Part shown: positions 52,321 to 64,000 of the stretch, piece after piece | Layout of the letters: each line of letters starts with the position of its first letter | How positions within the stretch are numbered: the first letter of the stretch is position 1 | NCBI GenBank assembly: GCA_951406725.2 | Contig: OX597831.1 | Coordinates: 620,001-684,000, forward strand | Origin: Octopus vulgaris | Lineage: Eukaryota | Reading direction: 5' to 3' | Length of the DNA: 64,000 bases | Made by a program: the position numbers and the translations under genes | Notes under the pieces: generated by a model | What the model was told of the DNA's origin: nothing | Database searches by the model: none | What the model saw: only the letters and a program-made list of their open reading frames with translations

Positions 52321-52747
52321 AATAACTATCTAAACACACTGAGACAAATTGACCCCAAACGAGACAATTACTACAAGGACTAAGTAAGTTTATCCCAGTC
52401 TTAGTAAACTGAGACTCACACCTGTAGGGTAGGAGTGTGGACCATCCCACCTTCAATTTCTTTTAATTATGTATTTCAATATTTTTGTTTTTTCTTTGTA
52501 TTACTCAGTTTTTTTCGTTTTGTTTTTTGTTATTGCTTTTTTTTTAGACAAGCTGGCATTGGTATAGCTGTGGGTTTAAGAAATGTGTTTCCCAACCATA
52601 TGGTTTGAACTTTGCACTCCCCCACTACATGGCCTCTAGATCTTTTATTATAACACCAAACAAATCACTATCTCCAGAATTAGATTAGTTTGTTACACAG
52701 AAACTGAAATAAGCCCATCTTATATATATATATATATATATATATAC

Positions 52748-52938
52748 AACTTATAAATAAGGGCAAACGAAAAAATTCCTAATGCCAAATATGCCGAAAA
52801 ATTGGACATATTGTCCATTACCATATAATTTTTCACAATATGTACGCTACATTGTGAAAAATTATATGGTAATGGACAATATGTCCAATTTTTCGGCATA
52901 TTTGGCATTAGGAATTTTTTCGTTTGCCCTTATTTATA

Positions 52939-52942
<4 letters not shown>
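52748..52942. repeat. 92-bp-arm palindrome with an 11-nt loop inside (TA)n
   Basis: 52748-52839 is the reverse complement of 52851-52942; ORFs 52720(-) and 52782(+) share the same peptide as a result. Confidence 0.96.
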
Positions 52943-53032
<90 letters not shown>

Positions 53033-53040
53033 TATATATA

Positions 53041-53249
53041 CGAGGGGTGCTGTAAAGTTTCTGGCTTTAAGGGTGTAGCAAAAGGGCTGGTTGGAGGCTT
53101 CTGAGTTCTTTTACAGGGCTTAGGAAAACTGAAGGACCGCTGCAATAGGTCTGTGAATCTGAGAGGGGAATATGTTGAATAAAATCATAATTAACTGATC
53201 CTCCTGGTTTTTCTTTCACCCGAAGCCAGGAACTTTTCAGCATCCCTCA
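53041..53249 (+). mobile_element. Mariner-derived MITE
   Basis: TA-flanked TIRs cgaggggtgctgtaaagtttctggctt / aagccaggaacttttcagcatccctca; internal KLKDRCNRSVNLRGEYVE-stop mariner C-terminus. Confidence 0.85.
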
Positions 53250-53907
53250 TACACCGCTGAACTTTTGGATTTTGGGATTTTTTTTTGCTTTGGAATTTTG
53301 AATTTTCTTTTTCATTTTATAGGCTTTGCTGTGGTTCACAGTTTTCGTAATTGTGCAGTTTGTATATATTGGCAGGTGCTTATCTCCTTAATAGTTATCG
53401 TGCGTTTAATTTGTGGTTATAAAACGTATGTTTACATATACGAGTAGTCAGGGAGAATAGAAGGGTACAATTTTCACTGAAAATTGTAGATATTAAATTG
53501 TAGTGTTCTTGCAATAAAAAGAATGTTTACATTCTCGAATATTCAGGAAGAAAAGAAACGAAAGAAAAGAAGGGTTAAATTTTCATAGAAAATTGTAGAT
53601 ATTAAAGTTTTAAAATTTTCTAACATCATCGTTTGTATGTCCGAACAGAGAAAACTGTAGTGGTTTTACAATAAAAAGTATGCTTATTTTCGAATATTCA
53701 GGGAGAAAGGAAAGGATGGGCATTCACAGAAGTTGTAAATATTGAATTTTTAAAAAAAGTTTTTAAAGATGATCGTTTGTGTGTCCGTCCAGAGAAAATT
53801 GTAGATATGTAAGTTTCTAACCTTATTTTGAGGGAAATTTTAAAATACTCACAGGAGATTGTAGAAGTTCTAGATTTGGAAAGTTATTATTATTATTATT
53901 ATTATTA

Positions 53908-54117
53908 CTTTTTTTTTCTTCTTTCAAATTTGCTTCCATTTCTTGCCGAGTGTCTTCCCGACTCCTAGGGCAAAGAAACTCATAGTATACATTGGTAGGC
54001 CATTAAACTAAACTCAATAGTTCGTTCATTTTTTTTTTTTTTCAAGTTAAGTTAACATACATGGGTAGTAATAATTCTCACATTGACAATGCTCTTCTCA
54101 ATACGTGTGATGTACCA

Positions 54118-54120
<3 letters not shown>
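53908..54120 (-). mobile_element. R4/Dong-like LINE 3' fragment in (TTA)n
   Basis: Matches about 58280-58492 (TGTSHVLRRALSM-stop plus 3'UTR). Confidence 0.87.
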
Positions 54121-54182
<62 letters not shown>

Positions 54183-54261
54183 TACTATTATCATTATTAT
54201 TATCATTATTATTATTATTGTTATTATTATTATTATTATTGTTATTATTATTATTATTATT

Positions 54262-55002
<741 letters not shown>

Positions 55003-55482
55003 CATTATTATTACTATTACTATTATTATTATTATTATTATCATTATTATTATTATTGTTGTTGTTATTATTATTATTATTGTTATTATTATTATTATTG
55101 AGTGAGAGAGCAGTGCATGCCATCAAAGTGACACTGGGGTAAAATATACGAAGCCCAATATACCCATCATGACTACCCGTCTGATAAAGGTACACCAGGC
55201 ACATGCATCACAACCATACGTGCGCGATATGATGATTTCATGTCAAGATAAACAGCACATGACCTTGCAGGTGGGGCCCAGTTAGAATTTTCTTCAGGTT
55301 GAGTAGCCCATCCCGCTCAAACGGTCCCTGAATAAGGGTTGTTTAAGGATGTTGAAAGAACCACCCATGTTTCCAGAGGTGAATTATTCAAACCCCAAAG
55401 AATCCCTCTCAACACATGGCTATGATGCTCCCCCACTCATGGCTATGATGCTGCCCCACTCATGGCTATGATGCTCCCCCAC

Positions 55483-55541
<59 letters not shown>

Positions 55542-55744
55542 GGTGGCGAATGCCAGGCAAAATACTAAGCAGTATTTCGTCCATCTTTACGTTCTACGTT
55601 CTGAGTTCAAATTCCGCCGGGGTCGACTTTGTCTTTCATCATTTCGGGGTCGATAAAATAAGTACCAGTTAAACACTAATCTCCTCCCCCGAAATTCCAG
55701 GCCTTGTGCCAAAATTATTATTATTTTTATTACTATTACTATTA

Positions 55745-56228
<484 letters not shown>

Positions 56229-56234
56229 TTATTA

Positions 56235-56279
<45 letters not shown>

Positions 56280-56309
56280 TTATTATTTTTATTATTATTA
56301 TTATTATTA

Positions 56310-56462
<153 letters not shown>

Positions 56463-56624
56463 CACAGACATGCATATGTATGTGTGTGTGTGTATTTTTC
56501 TGTCAATATGCGTATATATTAATCTGCCCTTATTAACGCGTTTCTTGTTTGTTTGTTTGCAGGACAATGAAAGTGTGTGCTATCTTATGCTTATTGCTGT
56601 GTATATCAGCAACAGATGGTATGT

Positions 56625-56962
<338 letters not shown>

Positions 56963-57042
56963 GCATATTACATATGCATACATGCATACAAACATACATT
57001 CATTCATACATACATACATACATACATACATACATACATACA

Positions 57043-57078
<36 letters not shown>

Positions 57079-57081
57079 TTT

Positions 57082-58271
<1,190 letters not shown>

Positions 58272-59793
58272 TATGGGTTTTTCTTCTTCTTTCAAATTTG
58301 CTTCCATTTCTTGCCGAGTGTCTTCCCGACTCCTAGGGCAAAGAAACTCATAGTATACATTGGTAGGCCATTAAACTAAACTCACTAGTTTGTTCATTTT
58401 TTTTTTATAGAAATAAAGTTAAATTAAAATACATGGGTGGTAATAGTTCTCACATCGACAATGCTCTTCTCAATACGTGTGATGTACCAGTTAAGACAAT
58501 CTTGTGCACTTCTAGCAGGGATGGTAAGCCAGGGATCATTCTCATATAATTTTCGGTTCCCTTTTTGTTCATTCCTAGTGCTCCTACGATCACTGGTATT
58601 GTAACCGCCTTGAGGTGCCACATTTTCTCAATTTCAATGAGCAGGTCTTTATATTTTCTGAGCTTGTCAAATTCTATCGCCGAGATATTATGATCACAGG
58701 GGATGCTCATGTCGATCAATAAGCAAACTTTATTGTTTTGGTCTTTCACAACAATATCCAGTTTATTGGCTTTGATGGTTCGGTCTGTATGTACTGGAAA
58801 GTCCCACAGAATCGTTACATTTTCTCCTTCAGTTACAGCTTCAGGGTGGTGATTATACCACTTGTCGACAGTTTTGATATTGTAATGCCGACTTATTAGC
58901 CAGTGTAGATATTGGCTAACTCTGTCATGTCTTAATTTATACTCCACTGGTGCTAAGACTTTACATCCAGAGATTAGGTGGTCCACTGTTTCAATCATGT
59001 CGTTGCAGAATCGGCATTTTGGGTCTGCTCCATTTTTCATCACATTGGCCTGGTAGTTCCGGGTTAATAGGCTTTGATCTTGAGCAGCCAGGATGAAACC
59101 TTCGCTCTCTGCTTTTAGCCCTGAGCTCCGTAGCCACTGGTGGGTTTGCTTCTGGTCAACATCAGCTTGTTTGCTACGGGCCACATATTTGCCGTGCAGA
59201 GGTTTCTCCTCCCACCTTTCAGCCAATTGCTCGTGCGCTTTTTTCGTTGCCATCATTTTCACCTTATTTGCAACAATAGTTGCCGTACTTCCCTCGGGTT
59301 GTTCAGTTTGGGTATCCTGCACGAGATCAATAGCAAGTTTTTTGCTTTCCTTTATGATAGAATGAAGCTTCTTTCGTCTCTCGTGATTTTCCACAAGCTT
59401 TAGCATCCAGTCATTCGTTATTTCAAGATATTTGGCCAGTCCAATTGTGGTTGTTTTGTAAGCTAGTTCAAATTGGATCAGGCCTCGACCTCCTTGGGCT
59501 CTGGGAGGTAAAGGCGATCTACGTATGCCTTTGGGTGGTGCATCCTATTACAACTCAGCACCTTGCGTATTTTCCTATCTATTTTTTTTACTTCACTCAT
59601 ATTCCAGTTCAACACATTGTGGCTATAAGTAACAACTGGAACTGCTAAGGAATTTATAGCTAACACCTTGTTACGTGCTTTTAGTTCAGATTTCAGGACT
59701 GCTCGAACTCTCCAATAAAATTCCTTCCTGATCTTCTCTTTCATGCTTGCATGCTGAATACCAGAGCCTTAATTTATCCCTAAATATTTGTAG

Positions 59794-59795
<2 letters not shown>
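58272..59795 (-). mobile_element. 5'-truncated R4/Dong-like LINE with restriction-like endonuclease, nested in the PLE
   Basis: YKYLG, NKVLAINSLAVPVVTYS, ORF 58450..59406 with LHGKY, AAQDQSL-TR, CRFC---ETVDHLISGC, RHD, (P>L)DIVV...IDMSIP, K--KY; (TAA)n on both sides. Confidence 0.92.
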
Positions 59796-59846
<51 letters not shown>

Positions 59847-60963
59847 GGAATTAACAAAATTAATGTTGGAACTCCCAGAAAATGAACTTTTATTTAGCAG
59901 ACTAGTATTATGAGAAGATATAATTTGTGAAAGATTCTTTGTGTTGGAGAAGGCAACTCTAACTATATGAGAATTAATAATTGAATAATATCTTAAATTT
60001 TTTGGAAAGATCTTACCAACCACTTCACGGAATTGCAAAGGAAGATTAGATTTAATTTTCTTTCCGTACGGAATAACAAACCAGACAGCTTTCTTAGTAA
60101 CAGTCAAATTGTAAGTGATACTATCATTAAAGAACGGTGAAATACCCCCAGAGGGAAAAAATGGGCTTAAATAACGCTCGCCTCCCTTACCCCGTAAAGG
60201 AATTTTATGTTTTGTGTTGTTTACAATATTAGAATTAAAATCACTCTTCTTATTACAACTAGATTTCTAGTCTTGAACAGTAGATAAAGGATGAGATTGA
60301 GCAGAATCAATGTATGTAACTTTTTCTTTATACCCTGCTTTAACTAAGGCAGAGTTATAAAATTCTGCCTTGTCGTTAAAAATGTCAACATTGGCGGATA
60401 GTTTAGACAATCTAACTGAAATGTTTTTAACTAAATTCATAGTAATTGCCCTAGCGTGATTACTGGAAAGACTAATATACTTGAAATTGGTGGAAGGCTC
60501 GTGGTATGGGAAGTATGAGTTATTTTGCAAATTAAGAGTAATATCTAAGAAGTTAGCTTTAGTTAATTCATCGTCAAAAACGATGTGAAAACCCGTTCTA
60601 TGAAAAAAAACCTAACTAATCTATTCTTAATCTTCTGTATTTTTTGATTTGAAATGTTTTGGAAGTAAATCAAACAATCATCATGATATAGACCTCCACA
60701 GATGTCTGGGAACTGGTTGGCCATTTCATAAAGTATATATATGCCGACTAAATCAGCAATTTGAGCTGAATCTGAACTTCCCATTAGGACATCGAACGCA
60801 TTGGGAGTATCCTTCCGGACCCACAACTTGTTATCGAACTTAATGATTGATTTTCTAGCAGCCAGTACCACATTGATTTCTTCTCACAATAAAGAGAGAC
60901 CTGCTGTATTGTGTAAAAAGAATTTGAGTAGCATCTGCGTTCAACTCCATTTATTTACTTATA
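59847..60963 (-). mobile_element. Penelope-like element copy 2, RT part, 5'-truncated and capped by an inverted pLTR piece
   Basis: Highly similar to 40814-41870 (ORFs 59769, 60267, 60563); 60914-60963 is the reverse complement of about 57242-57290. Confidence 0.9.
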
Positions 60964-60966
60964 TAT

Positions 60967-61063
<97 letters not shown>

Positions 61064-62361
61064 TATGTATATATAATTCCTCAACATGCTACTAGTGTCT
61101 TTTATCTAAGTACAGCATCCTTACGTTTCAGAGGCAGAATTTAATGCCTCTTTCCTATCAAGTTTTAGCATAAAATCTCCATGAAACCATGTTCTGCTGT
61201 GTTTAAAATCAGAACCCCCCAATGAAAGCATTCTTTACTATCATCCAGAATGTTTCCCATTCATATTAGTGTAACCGTGAAATGACCAAGAAGATAGCAT
61301 TAAGCTATGTACTCGTGGGTCACAGATTCGCGGCTGCAATTTGCGATTCGTTTTTTTCTCTCTGGACAGGGCACTGGTTTCTACACTGTCTGAATTTCAC
61401 CTTTACCCACCTGTACAACGTAGTTCCTAAATAATATGGCAATGTTACCTGTGATAAACAGGTGGAGTATATATCCTACACCCGCTTTCGGTAGCGAATT
61501 GGCACAGACGTTAGCGCTATCACGTGGTTGTTCGGTATAGGCCCTCCTTCGTCGAGTCATCATTATGCGAGGTGGAGTTATATCGTAAGAAGGGCTGATG
61601 TAGTAGATTCATAAATTAAATGTAAGATCAGGCTGGCTGCATATATTTGACTGGGGAAAAAGAGCAGGAATCTCAAGAACATTCGAAATGCTGTTCATGG
61701 CATACCTTCAAGTTGACTGGTCGATTTTTAGGTTGTTCGCGTGAAACTTTTTTGATAATTTCACAGTTGGGGTTTAAATCCCTAAAGTACATTGGACGAA
61801 ATATCCTGCGGTATTTGTCCCACCTCTCTTCACTCTGAGTTCAACTGCCGAAGTCAACTGTACCTTTTATTCTTTCGGGGTCAATAAAATAAAACATTAG
61901 TTTAAAGAATGAATTGATAGAATCATTAATGATATCCATTACGGCTTCTATTCCGGTATTTTGGGTCCCGAGTTATTGATTGGCTGTATTAATTCCTCGC
62001 TTGGTTTAACACCACCATCTGGCCCTTAGGTTTTTTCTTAGTAGAGTTCTCTATGCTACACGCATTCGGGTTAAGTGGAGACCCAAATAGTCTCGAAAGT
62101 CACCCAAAAAATAGAGTCTAGAATACCTGACAAAATGCCAGAACGCTTGGTGGTGTAAGGACCGTGCGATGCGAGGTAACGAGAATGGCTCCTTAGTACA
62201 TCACACAGTCCTTACAATACATATATAATTTGAATAGTACATGTAAGTGCCAGAGGGGAAAAGGAGGCTCAACCGCGTAGAATGATTAAGAGAAGATTTA
62301 TTGAAATGTTAATATCTGTGTCTGTGTGTGAGTCATGTATACAGAATAATAGATATGCCGT

Positions 62362-62412
62362 TGTGGCGAGACACAAAGAAGCCAGCGCCAGTTTGAAACA
62401 GCGAGATCTCCG
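62362..62412 (+). mobile_element. Short remnant similar to the start of the Gypsy LTR at 49213
   Basis: tgtggcgagacacaaagaagccagcgcca...gagatctc versus tgtagcgaggcacaagaagccagtgcca...gagatctc. Confidence 0.55.
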
Positions 62413-62699
62413 AAACCACATCTACACCAAACACAGACAAATATACAACTTCGCCCCCAACTACCTCAAAAAAGCAAAACACACAGAGGAACAGTATTAT
62501 CAAACTGACACACAAACACATCAGTAAAACATACCCACTCCAAACTCTGTGTTGACAATGAGCGCTAATAAAAAAAAAAGCCCCAAACTAATGCCCTTCG
62601 TCGAAAAAAGGAAAACATTGAAATAGAGTGAAAGGTCTTCAGAGCCAGCACTTTCAAGGTGCCAAAACTGTTACAGTATTATGGTTACGGTTGAACTTG

Positions 62700-63495
62700 G
62701 AGACAAAATATTGAGGGAGAATTTTCCTAATGATGTGAGAAGTCTAAGCTCAAGGGCCAGCAGTAAGCTCCAAAAAGACTTTCCAAAGGAAACTCAAAGT
62801 CCCTATAGTGACTGTGTCACTCGGTCTTCGAGACCACCAAGTAGGTAAATAGCTCGTTTGTTTTACTCCTCTTTCTCTTTCTACCAATATAACAACTTTG
62901 AGAGAGGGGTATATAATGTGGTCACAGTGGAAGTAGGGTCGCCTGCTTAATGACCTTAGGTCGCTAGATTTTGGTGTGACAGCTATCGACGAAACCTGGA
63001 TTTCCGACACACGTACCTTAGCACCTATCTTTGGCGATTTCAAGATCTTCGCGTGTCTTACTCGGTAAGAATGAGTGGTGGAGTGGCGGTAGTTTTGGAA
63101 AGGCCTGGGTCTCATGATATAGTCGATCTTCTTTGATCCAAATGGTAAGTTGGTGATCCTACGCATCAACAGAAGCGAACGTCATGATTTAGACTAGTCC
63201 TTGTGTATGTCTCGACTGGGACAGGGACACCTAAATTTCATTAGGCGTCTGGAGATTTTCTGGAAACTTCCCGCTTTTTAGTGCTAGTAGGCGATTAGAA
63301 CACCGTTTTGGATGCATGACTAGATTGTATGAGGCTAGCTGATAGGAGAGGGAGGTGTAAAAGTTTCGCAAACTGTTCAGTTGTTTCCAGCTGACTGACT
63401 GGGTTTTCCGAATGTACCAATGTGGACATGGGGAAATAGCCCCAGATCATCCAGAAGGTTTTTAGGTAGAAGCCAATAGATAGGGGTAGCATAGG
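62700..63495 (-). mobile_element. Possible decayed L1/Tx1 ORF1 remnants
   Basis: More GC-rich than flanks; fragments such as KVRVSEI, RRPYFHC-H and LPTW--RR---VTIG loosely resemble Tx1 ORF1. Weak assignment. Confidence 0.3.
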
Positions 63496-63496
63496 T

Positions 63497-63913
63497 TACT
63501 TTCTCTTTACTCTTTACCCTTTTACTCTTTTACTTGTTTCAGTCATTTGACTGCGGCTATGCTGGAGCACCGCCTTTAGTCGAGCAAATCGACCCCGGGA
63601 CTTATTCTTTGTAAGCCCAGTACTTATTCTATCGGTCTCTTTTGCCGAACCGCTAAGTAACGGGGACGTAAACACACCAGCATCGGTTGTCAAGCAATGC
63701 TAGGGGAACAAACACAGACACACAAACACACACATACATATACATATATACGACAGGCTTCTTTCAGTTTCCGTCTACCAAATCCACTCACAAGGCTTTG
63801 GTCGGCCCGAGGCTATAGTAGAAGACACTTGCCCAAGGTGCCACGCAGTGGGACTGAACCCGGAACCATGCGGTTGGTAAACAAGCTACTTACCACACAG
63901 CCACTCCTGCGCC
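63497..63913 (-). mobile_element. CORE-like tRNA SINE, apparently young copy
   Basis: Full-length with (TACTCTTT)n tail on the + strand; near-identical to 38390-38789. Confidence 0.87.
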
Positions 63914-64000
63914 ATGTTCACATTTCAAAGTTGTTGGCTACAAAGATAGCAAATGTGTGATCTGTACGGTTGATAGTGAGGCTGCATAGACAGAGGCCCT

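Noticed and set aside
52720-53078. Two ORFs on opposite strands with the same N-terminal peptide (MPNMPKNWTYC...)
   Set aside because: Direct consequence of the DNA palindrome; not a gene pair.
61098-61150. Minus-strand hairpin agaggca/tgcctct followed by GAAACGTA, resembling a hammerhead 3' half
   Set aside because: No CTGANGA directly before the stem and no stem I partner.

Overview
Eukaryotic, AT-rich, microsatellite-saturated DNA, inferred from its SINE/LINE repertoire to be octopus or another coleoid cephalopod. The only host gene I can support is the 3' part of a galactocerebrosidase (GALC, GH59) gene on the + strand: 13 GT-AG exons from 369 to 28469 that splice in phase into 494 codons plus TGA, with the 5' exons lying upstream of the window. 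The rest is decayed mobile DNA: RTE, CR1, R4/Dong-like and Tx1-like LINEs, two copies of a Penelope-like element (PLE), a CsRn1-type Gypsy element, a BEL/Pao-like remnant, non-autonomous Helitrons, mariner/piggyBac/hAT MITEs, several tRNA-derived SINE families and minisatellites. The most notable unannotated signal is a set of type I hammerhead ribozyme motifs with palindromic stem III. One is intact in the PLE terminal repeat, one is intact on the sense strand of a GALC intron, one is degenerate and two are half-sites. They are associated with fold-back inverted repeats in (TA)n tracts, and in three cases the inversion point falls at or a few nt from the predicted cleavage site. An R4/Dong-like LINE sits repeatedly in (TAA)n, including inside the PLE's own poly-Asn coding microsatellite. 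All family names are from motif recognition; no database search was run.
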